Notes under the pieces: generated by a model
What the model saw: the letters and a program-made list of their open reading frames with translations, nothing else
Told to the model about the DNA's origin: nothing
Database searches by the model: none
Position numbers and translations under genes: made by a program
NCBI GenBank assembly: GCA_964473825.1
Contig: CAYYQL010000002.1
Span: forward strand, 128,001-192,000
Reading direction: 5' to 3'
Length of the DNA stretch: 64,000 bases
Source of the DNA: an uncultured archaeon
GTDB taxonomy: Archaea; Asgardarchaeota; Thorarchaeia; Thorarchaeales; Thorarchaeaceae
Shown: piece after piece, positions 9,476 through 21,442 of the stretch
How the letters are laid out: every line of letters starts with the position of its first letter
Position numbering within the stretch: the first letter of the stretch is position 1

Positions 9476-10135
9476 ATGTCCGGAGGACCTGATACGAAAG
9501 TAAGACCATCGGAAGTGAGATATCCGTCCTCTGTAGTAGGCCTGTTCGATGCAGAGAAAGCACCGGGAATCGCAGGTGGGCTTGAGGGGAAGATGGATGA
9601 TGACAGTGTACTGTATCCCTGTTATTTTGGAGCGCCAGCAGCAGGACTCCACTTGGAAGCACTCATCGCGTCCGGTGTCAGCACTGTGGTGATGGCCGGT
9701 GAAGGTGGTTCGATTTCCGCGGATTTGCCCATAGGTTCGATTGTTATTCCTACCTGTGGAATGAGAGAAGAAGGGACATCCTATCATTATCTTCCTCCAC
9801 AGGATACGGTCCTTCCATCGGAATCGCTTCTTAGGCAGATTGAGGAGTCGATTGGAGCAGATGGCTCGACACAGGGTGGTGTATGGACGACAGACGCAGG
9901 ACTCCGCGAAACCAAAGACAAGGTCATAAAATATGCAGAGAAAGGAATTGTAACGGTGGATATGGAATGTACTGCCCTGATGGCCATTGCAATATTCCGA
10001 GAGGTAGAATTCGCGGCAGTGCTTGTTGTCACAGATGAACTCTTTGCTGGACGATGGAAGAGAGGTTTTAGAAGCAGAGAAGTTGAAGTGGCAAAGAAAC
10101 ATGTTGCAGAGAGCATCGCGAGAGTTCTACACTAG
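9476..10135 (+). CDS. Nucleoside phosphorylase (PNP/UDP family)
   Basis: FGAPAA, REEGTSYHY, WTTDA..RET, VDMEC. Confidence 0.88.
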   Translation: MSGGPDTKVRPSEVRYPSSVVGLFDAEKAPGIAGGLEGKMDDDSVLYPCYFGAPAAGLHLEALIASGVSTVVMAGEGGSISADLPIGSIVIPTCGMREEGTSYHYLPPQDTVLPSESLLRQIEESIGADGSTQGGVWTTDAGLRETKDKVIKYAEKGIVTVDMECTALMAIAIFREVEFAAVLVVTDELFAGRWKRGFRSREVEVAKKHVAESIARVLH

Positions 10136-10347
10136 CTCTGTTGTCTGCAGAGACCGGTGTTCCAGTAGTTCTTTGACGGAAGTTCTGGTTCTGCGTGCTA
10201 GGTCTGTCTGACGGTCTTGCCCCAAGACACTTCCGCCCCCACCATCTTCTTCCATGTTTCGGGATTCATCAGTGGCATCATGGAACAAGAGTGTCACTAC
10301 TAGCTGAAAGAAATAGCGAGTGCTCCTTTCCGATCCGTTCAGGTGTG

Positions 10348-10884
10348 TCATACTAAGAGACTGCGTATCCAGTTTCTAACTTGCTCGAAGTCCCGAAAGT
10401 CTATGACTTCAGGAATCTCCTCATCCGTCTTCTGTCTGCTCTTGACGATTTTCTTAACAAGAAATCCCACTAAACGATTATACTTGGAGAAATCAAAGGC
10501 CCCGCCAAATAGGCCTGTCGAAACTGGATTGAGGCCCGGATAGGAAGAGGCGACCTTATCCAAGTATTCTTCTTGTGCAATCTCGCATCTTTCAGGATCC
10601 CCAGCGTCACCACATACTACAAAGAGTGCAGTCTTGGTGTCTGAGAGAAGCGCTAGGTTGGTTTCGATGAATTTGAGAGGCTCCTTTGTCCATTGACCTG
10701 CCTGTATCCCACTCCCAATAACGACGAGGTCGTAGGCTGAGAGGCCCTCAGACGGTTGGGCCTCCTTCAGATTGAAGACATCAACCTGTACATTCTGCTC
10801 ACGTGCAGTCTTCGCCATCTCCTCAACAATACCTATTGTGGTCCCATAGCGTGTCCCGTAGCCAATCAGCATGCGTTCAATCAT
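10348..10884 (-). CDS. Flavodoxin-fold protein (HemG-like)
   Basis: YGTRYGTT FMN loop, YDLVVIGSGI, FGGAFDFSK, DFRDFEQVRNW. Confidence 0.85.
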   Translation of the reverse strand: MIERMLIGYGTRYGTTIGIVEEMAKTAREQNVQVDVFNLKEAQPSEGLSAYDLVVIGSGIQAGQWTKEPLKFIETNLALLSDTKTALFVVCGDAGDPERCEIAQEEYLDKVASSYPGLNPVSTGLFGGAFDFSKYNRLVGFLVKKIVKSRQKTDEEIPEVIDFRDFEQVRNWIRSLLV

Positions 10885-11004
10885 GGCAATCTCCTTCAAT
10901 CAAGACGATCGGGATGCTTTTGAACCTTCCACTCGTCCATAGTGCTAGAGCAGTTTCCTGTAAAGGAGAGAAGCGTTTACTTCTTCAAAAAGAGATAGTG
11001 ATGC

Positions 11005-11109
11005 TCACGTTGCTTCTAACGCAAGCACTTCTTCGCGAGAGGGGGTGTTGTTACCTTGGGAGGAGACATCATTGCCCTGAAGCTGCTCAGCGATAGGCTG
11101 CGAGGTCAT
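11005..11109 (-). CDS. Putative 34-aa microprotein MTSQPIAEQLQGNDVSSQGNNTPSREEVLALEAT
   Basis: ATG 6 nt after the previous stop, AGGAGA SD, followed by a T-rich tract; no homology recognised. Confidence 0.35.
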   Translation of the reverse strand: MTSQPIAEQLQGNDVSSQGNNTPSREEVLALEAT

Positions 11110-11115
11110 AACAGA

Positions 11116-11199
11116 CTATCTCCTAAAGTATGAGTATGCAACAGCATCAGCGGAATCGGGATACTTCATTGTCTTCGTTTTGTTCTTAGCAAGTGCCAT
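11116..11199 (-). CDS. 27-aa microprotein MALAKNKTKTMKYPDSADAVAYSYFRR
   Basis: Strong SD GAGGTGA 7 nt upstream; paralogous to the upstream peptide. Confidence 0.65.
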   Translation of the reverse strand: MALAKNKTKTMKYPDSADAVAYSYFRR

Positions 11200-11206
11200 G
11201 ATTGAT

Positions 11207-11308
11207 TCACCTCAGAATGGTGTAGTATGCGTAACCAATGGCTTGGGTAGACTGAATGGTCTTGTTCTTCTTCTCGGAGTCAGTTCGGTTGTTGGTTGTT
11301 AGAGCCAT
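11207..11308 (-). CDS. 33-aa microprotein MALTTNNRTDSEKKNKTIQSTQAIGYAYYTILR
   Basis: TATA box about 32 nt upstream; paralogous to the downstream peptide. Confidence 0.65.
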   Translation of the reverse strand: MALTTNNRTDSEKKNKTIQSTQAIGYAYYTILR

Positions 11309-11340
11309 GATATTTCACAAGGATTACCACTCAGAATCAG

Positions 11341-11395
11341 TATATAATGGAAAGCCACAATGGAGGGTCACGCAATGAAGTCACAATTTGTGACT
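11341..11395 (-). promoter_or_regulatory. TATA box (TTATATA, 11341-11347) plus perfect palindrome AGTCACAA-T-TTGTGACT (11379-11395)
   Basis: Directly read; palindrome lies about 30 bp upstream of the TATA box. Confidence 0.6.
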
Positions 11396-11517
11396 ATGTG
11401 GATTGTGCTCCGGGCTTGGTGAGAACTAAGGAGATAGGCTGTTCGTGAGCCCATGGATTCCATTCTCTACAGCAAGGGATCCTTCGAAAAAACGGCCCAC
11501 AAAGTGCGAAATCGAGT

Positions 11518-12207
11518 CTATCTTGCCGACCGTGCTACACGTTCACGTTCATCCTTTCGGGAGATCGCATAGCTTGAAGGGTCTGCATTATATGCAAGAA
11601 GCAGTTCATCAACGATGCATTGCTCGACAGGTTTTGCGCTCTTATGGGCCGCCCGAATAGCGCCCACCGAGAGATACCTCAGGGCTATGTCGATTCTACG
11701 CTGTGGAGCAACATCGACTGAGCGGGGATATGCCATTCCACCGTAAGAAATGCGGGTTGTTTCCTCTGCTGGAGCTGCATTCTCTACGGCCGTCACCAAG
11801 ACCTGCATAGGATTCAAGCCGGTCCTATAGTCGATAATCTCGAAAGCCCGTCGAAGGAAAGAGATCATGCGGAGTTTCTTACCAGCACCTCGACCAGTAC
11901 GAGTCTTCTTTTCCTTGCGTTTTCCGGCGTTCATGAGCTTGTTAACAAAGCGCTCTACTATAGGCACTCTAGATTTGTGAAATCTGCTTCGAGCATGTCT
12001 TCCAGATGTATGAGGAATCAGAACAGGCTTGAGTGAAATGTAACGTTCAAGGCCAATATCCTTGATCTCTACCCTTGATGGATCCCACTTACCGAATAGA
12101 AGAAGGTCCGGAGTTTCTTCTGGTTGAATAGCCTCAGGGGGTTGACCGCCTTCGGGTTGTTCCTGTTCTCCTTCCACATCATTATCGACAGTTTCTTCTT
12201 CAGACAT
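11518..12207 (-). CDS. rps7: 30S ribosomal protein S7 (uS7)
   Basis: LLLFGKWD, PHTSGRH, PIVERF, VDVAPQRRID, ERVARSAR. Confidence 0.97.
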   Translation of the reverse strand: MSEEETVDNDVEGEQEQPEGGQPPEAIQPEETPDLLLFGKWDPSRVEIKDIGLERYISLKPVLIPHTSGRHARSRFHKSRVPIVERFVNKLMNAGKRKEKKTRTGRGAGKKLRMISFLRRAFEIIDYRTGLNPMQVLVTAVENAAPAEETTRISYGGMAYPRSVDVAPQRRIDIALRYLSVGAIRAAHKSAKPVEQCIVDELLLAYNADPSSYAISRKDERERVARSAR

Positions 12208-12216
12208 TGTGAGCAC

Positions 12217-12660
12217 CTAGCGAATTGGTTTCTCGGCCTTACCATAGATTAGAGACTCAAGGCTGACGCCATTGACCTTGATAACTTTCCATCGCACGCC
12301 CGGAAGGTCACCCATAGCCCCACCCATTGCACCGCCGATGCCTTCCACAAGCACTTGATCGTGTTCGTCTATGTATTTTAGACCGCCATCGCCCGGGATG
12401 AAAGCTGTGATTTGTTTACCATTCTTGGACAACTGCAATCGAACAGCCTTCCTTATAGCCGAGTTTGGTTGCTTACTCTCAATTCCAACCTTCTCAAGCA
12501 CAATTCCTCGAGCCTGAGGAGCTCCCTCTAGAGGATCGGTCTTCTTCCTTAGATTCAATACTTGCCTTTTGTAGCTGGCCTTCTTCCATCTAAATCGCTT
12601 TCTCTTGGCCTTTAATGCCCGGCCAGCGAATTCGCCCAACGGACTCTTCGACCCTGTCAA
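12217..12660 (-). CDS. rps12: 30S ribosomal protein S12 (uS12)
   Basis: [29 protein letters not shown]. Confidence 0.98.
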   Translation of the reverse strand: MTGSKSPLGEFAGRALKAKRKRFRWKKASYKRQVLNLRKKTDPLEGAPQARGIVLEKVGIESKQPNSAIRKAVRLQLSKNGKQITAFIPGDGGLKYIDEHDQVLVEGIGGAMGGAMGDLPGVRWKVIKVNGVSLESLIYGKAEKPIR

Positions 12661-12772
12661 TTACATTACCTCTATCATAGCTAAGGAGCCTACATTCATG
12701 GTGTGCTCTGTGGGTGGTCAGTGCATCGCCCTTATGTATGCTTAAAAGCATTATGAAACGGGGCTGTGTGTT

Positions 12773-13207
12773 TCATGCGATAACAACATTATCAACGTCA
12801 AAATGTCGTCTGACAAGAATCCGAGCTCGCGCAACGTTACGGCCATCCTTGCCTATTGCAATGCCACGATCCTCTTCGTTCACAGTGACGCTAGCAACCT
12901 TAGTTCCATCTTTCTGTTCGGAGATTACCACATTCTTAACTCGTGCTGGGGCTAGCGCACTCTTTACAAACTCCTCTGGAGTGTCCGCGATTTCGACAAT
13001 GTCAATATGCCTGCCCAAGACTTCTGATGCGTGTCGTACGTTTGACCCCCCCTTTCCTATGGCTTTTCCCAAGTGCTTTCTGGGCACTACAAAAATCAAT
13101 CGTTCTGCTTCATCATCTCTAACGACATCAACTGCAGGAGCACCTGTGATTTTTTCGAATGAAGCAATGAGTGACATATCCTCCATTGAGATCTTGACAC
13201 TGGGCAA
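12773..13207 (-). CDS. nusA: Archaeal NusA (two KH domains)
   Basis: AIGKGGSNV and AIGKDGRNV KH motifs; synteny; TTG start at 13207. Confidence 0.93.
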   Translation of the reverse strand: MPSVKISMEDMSLIASFEKITGAPAVDVVRDDEAERLIFVVPRKHLGKAIGKGGSNVRHASEVLGRHIDIVEIADTPEEFVKSALAPARVKNVVISEQKDGTKVASVTVNEEDRGIAIGKDGRNVARARILVRRHFDVDNVVIA

Positions 13208-13217
13208 ACGGCTCGCC

Positions 13218-13517
13218 TCACACCATGTCAAGTATTCTTGAGTCGCCAGGCTTGATGACTGCAATAGCAGAAACCATGAACGGTTTCCCAATGACTTCAC
13301 CCAGATCCCAAGACGTGCCCTGGAATATTGTGAGTTTTGTGCCGCTCATCTGTGTGTATTGTTCGATGTCTTCATACGCATCCACAGGACAGTTAGCCGC
13401 AACTACTACCAGTTTCGCCTCACCCTTTCTAAGGGCGTCGATAGACTCTTGCGTACCGATGCGGCACTCGCCTGTGTTGACTGCACTCTCGATTGGTTGA
13501 TTTAGGCTCAATTCCAA
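13218..13517 (-). CDS. rpl30e: 50S ribosomal protein L30e
   Basis: AKLVVVAANCP, LGEVIGKPF, PGDSRIL. Confidence 0.95.
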   Translation of the reverse strand: MELSLNQPIESAVNTGECRIGTQESIDALRKGEAKLVVVAANCPVDAYEDIEQYTQMSGTKLTIFQGTSWDLGEVIGKPFMVSAIAVIKPGDSRILDMV

Positions 13518-13615
13518 ATACCTCGCTATTCTATGTTATAACTTCTTATTGAACCTGAAGCGGTTCTTTCGGGTTGAAGCACCGTTTTAATGCTTCCGTA
13601 CTGTGCCTCCAAACC

Positions 13616-14815
<1,200 letters not shown>

Positions 14816-17473
14816 CTATTTCATCCTACTCTTGCCTAGTACCTTCTCTATTGCAATGTCAATGTTCACTGACCTACCGTGGTCTGATTTACTTGGGTCG
14901 ACACCATCATCACCAAATCGGAATTGTACAATCCGACCTGGTGCAGTCCTGACAGTACCATCAGATTCTACCTTCAAGTCCTGCAACGCCGTCATCAGTC
15001 TTCGCTGCATATACCCGGAAGTAGATGTCCGAACTGCAGTGTCAACAAGACCCTCTCGGCCACCAGCTGCGTGGAACCAGTATTCAATTGGATCAAGTCC
15101 ACTCTTGTAACTAGATGTAACAAAACCACGAGCACGAGCGCCCAAGTCACCTCTCTCAAAGTGAGGGAGTGTGCGGCCAATATAGCCTCGACTGATGCGT
15201 TCGCCACGAACAGCCTGCTGTCCAACAACCGCAGCCATCTGTGAGAGGTTCAGTCGTGACCCCCGAGCTCCTGTCTGTGCCATGATAACTGCAGAGTTCT
15301 CAAGGCCCAAGTGTTCACCTGCAACCTCACCTGCAGAGTCTCTTGCCTCTGCAAGTGTGGCCATGATTCGCTGCTCTAGTGTTTCAAGCAGTGTCTGGCC
15401 GGGATTTGGATCTAGCTCAGCTCGTTTGTAAGTTTCAATGAGTTGATTGACCTTCTTGTCAGCCTCTTCGAGGATTATCTTGATTCTTCGAGATGCCTCC
15501 TTAGGCAGCGTCACGTCATCAAGACCCATTGAAAAGCCTCGATCTGTGATTAGTCGAACAAGAAGGCGTCCAACTGAGTCCATGAAATTGCGCCCTGCGG
15601 TGGAGCCTTTTTCCTTGATGATGCGATGGAATAAGGAGTCGGGCTCACCGGCACCAAAGGCTTTCTCATCCACAACGCCGAACTCTAGTTCTCCGTTCCG
15701 GATGACAACGTATGCGTCATACTCACAGTCCTCCATCTTGCACACCTTACATTTTCGGCAAATATTGGCCTTGAACGAGATGTTGATGCCTTCGGGGATG
15801 AACATACTGAATATCTGTTTCCCGGTCCATAACTGCAGAGGTGCCTTGATTGCGGGTTCAGGTAGCTCGCCCTCAAACTTTGCTGTGGCCGTCAGCTGGT
15901 TCACCTGATTCAGAGTGAACAGACTTGACTTCCGAGTCAGCAAAAATGCTGCTGAAATGTAGTCCTGTAGTGCTCCGATGATAGGACCACCATACCGCGG
16001 AGAGAGGATCTGTTCTTGTACCCGCATGAGGACACGTGCCTCGGCGCGGGCCTCTTCAGATTGTGGTACATGAAGATTCATTTCATCACCATCAAAGTCT
16101 GCGTTGTAGGGTGGGCAGACGAACAGGCTCAGTCTGAAGGTTCGGTAAGGCATTACCCGCACTTCATGAGCCATGATGGACATCCTGTGAAGTGAAGGTT
16201 GTCGATTGAACAACACGATATCGCCTGAGTCAAGGTGTCGTTCCACAACGAAACTGGGCTCTATCGTTTCTGCTATGGTAGTTCTGTCCTTCACGAATCG
16301 TAGGTCTACTCTACGGCCATCGGTACGAATCAAATAGTTCGCACCCGGATGACGATCGGGACCCCGAATCACAAGCTCTTTCATCTTATCCATGTTCCAC
16401 TCAGTCACCCGTTGTGGAATTGTCAGGATCCTCGCTATCTCTTCGGGAACCCCTACCTCATTCATGCTTATATTCGGGTCGGGCGAAATCACTGTTCGCG
16501 CTGAAAAGTCCACACGTTTACCTGACAAGTTAGATCTGAATCGACCTTCCTTACCTTTGAGCCGTTGAGCCAGTGTTCGCAGCGCTCGACCACTTCTGTG
16601 CCTTGCTGGTGGAATACCACTCACTCCATTATCAAAGTAGGTAGTCACATGGTACTGAAGCAGCTCCCAGAGATCCTCAACAATCAGTTGAGGGGCTCCA
16701 GCATCGAGGTTCTCTCGAAGACGTTGATTGATTCGGATGATATCGATGAGTTTGTGGGAGAGATCGTCTTCTGAACGTACCCCTGAATCCAGTGTGATAG
16801 AGGGGCGCACAGTGACAGGGGGGACTGGCAGCACTGTGAGAATAGCCCATTCAAGTCGTGCAGCCTCAGCATTGATATTCATAAGCTTAAAGTCTTCATC
16901 TGGAATGTTCTCAAGGCGAGCCCGAACATCGATAGGCGTGAGCCGAACAGACCCTGCCTCACTGATCTCATATATCGATGTGGGTTTCTCGAGCTTGATC
17001 TTAAACTGTTCAGCCTCGCAATGGGGGCAGTTCTTTGCCTTATTGCCCCGTTTCAGAATCTCCTTGGAGAGATTTGCGGTCTTCTGACCAATCTCAGGAT
17101 AGCGTTTGAACAGTTGCTCAAAGTGTTCAATCTCCTCTTCGCTAAGAAGAAGTCGGTTGCATTCTCTGCATGTGGCTCTCAGTACCTTATAGATTACCTT
17201 AGCGTAGCCCTCGTGCATCACAGGACGAGCAAGCTCAATGTGTCCAAAGTGGCCCGGACAGTTACCCACACGGTTTCCGCAGGTTCTGCAACGCTGACCC
17301 GGGTCAATAACACCCAGTCGTGGATCCATAATTCCTGATTCGATTGGATAACCATCTTCATCGTACGTGTCAGCGACCACGATTTGTGCGACAGACATCT
17401 TGCGGATGTCCTCCGGTGCGAGTAGTCCGAACTCAATCTCGTCAACTTTCTTAGTGCTAGTTGTGGACATCAT
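14816..17473 (-). CDS. rpoA1: RNA polymerase subunit A'
   Basis: YNADFDGDEMN active site. Confidence 0.99.
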   Translation of the reverse strand: MMSTTSTKKVDEIEFGLLAPEDIRKMSVAQIVVADTYDEDGYPIESGIMDPRLGVIDPGQRCRTCGNRVGNCPGHFGHIELARPVMHEGYAKVIYKVLRATCRECNRLLLSEEEIEHFEQLFKRYPEIGQKTANLSKEILKRGNKAKNCPHCEAEQFKIKLEKPTSIYEISEAGSVRLTPIDVRARLENIPDEDFKLMNINAEAARLEWAILTVLPVPPVTVRPSITLDSGVRSEDDLSHKLIDIIRINQRLRENLDAGAPQLIVEDLWELLQYHVTTYFDNGVSGIPPARHRSGRALRTLAQRLKGKEGRFRSNLSGKRVDFSARTVISPDPNISMNEVGVPEEIARILTIPQRVTEWNMDKMKELVIRGPDRHPGANYLIRTDGRRVDLRFVKDRTTIAETIEPSFVVERHLDSGDIVLFNRQPSLHRMSIMAHEVRVMPYRTFRLSLFVCPPYNADFDGDEMNLHVPQSEEARAEARVLMRVQEQILSPRYGGPIIGALQDYISAAFLLTRKSSLFTLNQVNQLTATAKFEGELPEPAIKAPLQLWTGKQIFSMFIPEGINISFKANICRKCKVCKMEDCEYDAYVVIRNGELEFGVVDEKAFGAGEPDSLFHRIIKEKGSTAGRNFMDSVGRLLVRLITDRGFSMGLDDVTLPKEASRRIKIILEEADKKVNQLIETYKRAELDPNPGQTLLETLEQRIMATLAEARDSAGEVAGEHLGLENSAVIMAQTGARGSRLNLSQMAAVVGQQAVRGERISRGYIGRTLPHFERGDLGARARGFVTSSYKSGLDPIEYWFHAAGGREGLVDTAVRTSTSGYMQRRLMTALQDLKVESDGTVRTAPGRIVQFRFGDDGVDPSKSDHGRSVNIDIAIEKVLGKSRMK

Positions 17474-17474
17474 A

Positions 17475-20400
17475 TTAGATCATCTCCTTGAGCCTGAGTC
17501 TACAGGCAAGTCCCAGCGACATCATTTCCTGCAGTAGAAGCTTGAATGCATACGACACGGTGATATTGCTCACCTTAGCGCTGGTACCACAGATGGGGCA
17601 GTATGTCATGTCCTTATTCCTATCATAGACCCCAATGAGGCCACATTCCTCACAGACAAGCATACTGCTCTTGTCTGATTCGTCCAAAAGGCGGCCCTTG
17701 AGAAGGATTGCCGCGCCGTGCCCAATCAGTACATCACGCTCCATCTCTCCGAACCTGAGCCCGCCCTCTCGCGCACGCCCCTCTGTGGGTTGTCTTGTAA
17801 GGATCTGGACAGGGCCACGAGCGCGAGCGTGAATCTTGTCAGCCACCATGTGGTGAAGCTTCTGATAATAGATTACACCGACAAAGACATCGGTTGTGAG
17901 TTTCTCCCCTGTGATGCCAGAGTACATGGTTTCGCGACCGTTGTACTGGAGACCGTGCCCCTGTAGCTGGTCGAACAGCTCCTGCTCGGTGACACCACAG
18001 AACGGGGTAGCATCCTCTTGTTCGCCCTCCATACAGGCTGCCTTTCCGGCAATCATCTCAAGAATCTGACCGATTGTCATTCGACTTGGGATAGCATGAG
18101 GATTGATTATCAGATCGGGAACAACTCCATCCTCGGTGAATGGCACGTCTTGTTGGGGTACGACATATCCAATGACACCCTTCTGTCCGTGTCGTGAAGC
18201 GTACTTGTCGCCTAGCTCAGGTACTCGCAAGTCACGTACTTTCACCTTCACAAGACGGTTTCCGTCAATGGTTTCTGTAAGGATGACACTGTCTACAACA
18301 CCCGATTCGCCATGTCTCACCGCGACGGAGGTTTCACGACGGTTTGGTGAAGCAATCTCAAACTCTGAGTATTCTTCAAGGAAGCGTGGGGGAGATGTTC
18401 GTCCAATCAGTACATCACCGCCCTGCACCTCAACCTCAGTTTCGATGATTCCGTCTTCACCAAGATTGCGATATGACTCAGAGGCTCTATAGCCCCGCAC
18501 GCTGCGTTCAGGAATCTCAAATCGATCCTCTTGACCACCAGGGTATTTCCGCTCCTCGCTCTCATATACACGAGCAAAGGTGCTTCTTCCCAGACCTCTT
18601 TCGATGGAGGCCTTGTTCATTATGAGTGCGTCTTCTATGTTGTAACCCTCAAAGGAGAGAATTGCAACAACAAAGTTCTGTCCGGCCGGACGCTCTTCGT
18701 AGCCAATGGAATCCATGGCACGAGTCTTGACAAGCGGTATCTGAGGATAGTGGAAGAAATGGGAACGGGTATCTGCACGATACTTGAAGTTTGAAGCAGG
18801 CACGCCCACGGATTGCTTTGCCATTCCAGCCATGTAGACGTTTCGAGGAGACTGATTTCGCTCAGGGAAAGGAATAAGGGCGGCAGAAATACCAAGAATG
18901 GTTGCAGGAACAATCTCAAGGTGCGTGGTATTAGGTCCGATTTCTTCAGGACCCATTGCAATCAACGCATTTTCTTCTTCTTCTGCGTCAAGAAACTCAA
19001 CAATCCCGTTCCGCAAGAGGTCTGGATAGGCCCATTCGCCATCATCAATCATGCGAAGATGTTCATCTGTCAAACGACTGCGCCCATTCTCTACAACAAT
19101 CAGTGGCCGACGGACACGTCCGGCATCACAGTTCACCTGAACTTCGTGAGTGCCATCGTAATAGGCAATGTTTACCTCTGAGTCTATCTCTCCAGCACGG
19201 CGTTTCTGAATCATGGTCTTGGCCAAGACCTGAGGGGCTGGATGAACACCTACAAGTCTACCGTTGAGAAAGACATCGGCCCATTTCGAGTCCCTCTTGC
19301 CTTTGAGCTCCTCGATGGGCTCTACCTCTGCATTGAGCATTGTCCGCTCCACAGCCTCTTCGTCTGTTCCCACGGAGATGTAGGCCATCATTGCTATGTT
19401 CTTTACAAGACCACAGTTTGGTCCTTCAGGTGTTTCATTAGGACATATCTTTCCCCAGTGGGTCGAGTGAAGGTCTCTGGCCTCAAAGTGAGGTTGTGAC
19501 CTGGACAACGGTGAAACAACCCTTCGCAGGTGAGAGAGTGATGATATGTAGTTGGTGCGATCTAGTAGTTGGGATACGCCCGCCTTTCCGCCAACCCAAT
19601 TACCTGTAGCAAGAGCATGTTTCAAGCGCTGGGTAATGACATCGGCACGGACAGCAGTTCTGATGTTCGGTTTCCGACCGCGAACTGCCGTACGTTCAAG
19701 CTGGTACTTGATGTCCCTTGTCAGAGAATAGAGAGCGACTCTGAATAATGACATCAGTAAATCGCCAGAGAGCTTCAGTCGCTTGTTTGCATAATGGTCC
19801 TTGTCGTCTGGCTGTCTCTTGTTGAGTACAAGCTGAAGAAGTCTCTCCACCATCTGACCAAGATAGTATGCCTTCTTGAGGCGATGGTCTTCTTCTGTGC
19901 CAACGTGAGGCAGAAGATATCGATCCAAGACTTTCTCGGCTCTGGCTAAACGATAGTCCTTCGTCTGGCCCACTGCAACTCGTTTACCGAGAAAATCGAG
20001 TGCGTTCTCAAGGGTTGAACCCTCCTCATCGTCCATTTTGACATTGATTGGTTGAGCTTGTTCAATTGTTACAATCAGTTCATTGCGAATCTCATCATCA
20101 TCTGAGATTACATCAACAATCTCCCTATCGGACTCTAGACCCAATGCTTTCATCAGGATTGCTAGGGGTATCTTGCCTGGGACAGATGGAAATGATACAC
20201 GAAGCTCTCCGGTCTTCTTTCTCTCAATGGTGACAGGTGCACGGAAACCACGAGAAGTTGAGAATACTTTACCGACGTGCGTGTAACTGGAACTCTTACT
20301 GGCCTCTTCAATCAGGATTCTGTTGGGGGCAAGATCTTCTTGGGTGACAAGAACTCGTTCAGATCCATTGATGATGAAATAGCCACCCGGATCTTTCGGG

Positions 20401-20840
20401 TCTTCGCCGTGCTGGATGAGCTCCTCATCCGACATTCCATGAAGGAGACACTTCTCGCTACGAAGCATGATTGGCAAATCACCAATGTATATCCGAAGCG
20501 TTTCCATTCGGGTAGTAGATGAGTCTTCTTTTCTGACAGGAGTCATGTGAAGATACAGCTTGCTAGCGTAGGTCAAATTCCGAATACGTGCCTCATTGGG
20601 ATAGAGAGGGTGTTCACTGCCGTCTGCCTCGCGGACTGAAGGACTCTCAATCTCAATATCTCCCAGATCTACATAGTAGCCTTCCACTTTCGGATTCAAC
20701 CGAGCAACACTATCAACTACATCCTTCAATTCGTGCTTCACGAATCGATTGAATGAATCGAGATGCTGCCCAACTAAACCTCTGTCTCTGAAATACGCTT
20801 CAATTACTGGCCAATACTTTTGGCGCTCTTCGACACCCAA
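17475..20840 (-). CDS. rpoB: RNA polymerase subunit B (unsplit)
   Basis: GGYFIINGSERV, GDKYASRHGQKG, GGLRFGEMERD. Confidence 0.99.
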   Translation of the reverse strand: MGVEERQKYWPVIEAYFRDRGLVGQHLDSFNRFVKHELKDVVDSVARLNPKVEGYYVDLGDIEIESPSVREADGSEHPLYPNEARIRNLTYASKLYLHMTPVRKEDSSTTRMETLRIYIGDLPIMLRSEKCLLHGMSDEELIQHGEDPKDPGGYFIINGSERVLVTQEDLAPNRILIEEASKSSSYTHVGKVFSTSRGFRAPVTIERKKTGELRVSFPSVPGKIPLAILMKALGLESDREIVDVISDDDEIRNELIVTIEQAQPINVKMDDEEGSTLENALDFLGKRVAVGQTKDYRLARAEKVLDRYLLPHVGTEEDHRLKKAYYLGQMVERLLQLVLNKRQPDDKDHYANKRLKLSGDLLMSLFRVALYSLTRDIKYQLERTAVRGRKPNIRTAVRADVITQRLKHALATGNWVGGKAGVSQLLDRTNYISSLSHLRRVVSPLSRSQPHFEARDLHSTHWGKICPNETPEGPNCGLVKNIAMMAYISVGTDEEAVERTMLNAEVEPIEELKGKRDSKWADVFLNGRLVGVHPAPQVLAKTMIQKRRAGEIDSEVNIAYYDGTHEVQVNCDAGRVRRPLIVVENGRSRLTDEHLRMIDDGEWAYPDLLRNGIVEFLDAEEEENALIAMGPEEIGPNTTHLEIVPATILGISAALIPFPERNQSPRNVYMAGMAKQSVGVPASNFKYRADTRSHFFHYPQIPLVKTRAMDSIGYEERPAGQNFVVAILSFEGYNIEDALIMNKASIERGLGRSTFARVYESEERKYPGGQEDRFEIPERSVRGYRASESYRNLGEDGIIETEVEVQGGDVLIGRTSPPRFLEEYSEFEIASPNRRETSVAVRHGESGVVDSVILTETIDGNRLVKVKVRDLRVPELGDKYASRHGQKGVIGYVVPQQDVPFTEDGVVPDLIINPHAIPSRMTIGQILEMIAGKAACMEGEQEDATPFCGVTEQELFDQLQGHGLQYNGRETMYSGITGEKLTTDVFVGVIYYQKLHHMVADKIHARARGPVQILTRQPTEGRAREGGLRFGEMERDVLIGHGAAILLKGRLLDESDKSSMLVCEECGLIGVYDRNKDMTYCPICGTSAKVSNITVSYAFKLLLQEMMSLGLACRLRLKEMI

Positions 20841-20995
20841 CTTGTCACCACACCCTGATGGAGGACGGGGAAACTACTGCGAGCATGGATGCTTCCCAAC
20901 GCATGAACCCAGAGAAATCCGAGCTCGTCATATACCGCAATAGCCGCCCCGTTTGTTTCGCTCTTGCAGATCCCGATTCTAATCCTGTAGGACTG

Positions 20996-21072
20996 TGGCG
21001 GGCTCGGCGGGATTTGAACCCGCGGCCGTCAGGTTAAAAGCCTGCTGCGCTACCTAGCTGCGCCACGAGCCC
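20996..21072 (-). tRNA. tRNA-Lys(TTT), intronless
   Basis: Cloverleaf GGGCTCG/CGAGCCC, loop CTTTTAA, CCA. Confidence 0.95.
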
Positions 21073-21442
21073 GAACATCGATGCTTACCATATCGTGGCT
21101 CGTGCACCCAGAGTTCATGTAGAATCATGTCTTGCCTGCACTGTCAGTTATGGTCATGCATGGATGGGAAGCAGTACCTGCCTGAGCACCCGACGAAAAT
21201 TTTGTGAGCATAAAAGGATTGCGATAAAACGAAGATATGGTCTATCAACTAGCGGGGCTATAAGAAAACAAGCCGAGAAATATATGGGATACTGTCTGTA
21301 AAAAGCTTATGCTGCTGTTATCAACTCAGGCTAGTGATGCCTTGAAGGAGATCTAGACTGAGCTATGTCCGACAACTTTAATAGATTAACAAGAATCGAG
21401 CGAATCGGCTCGTCAGTCCAAGGGGATTGAGGGCTGAATTGG

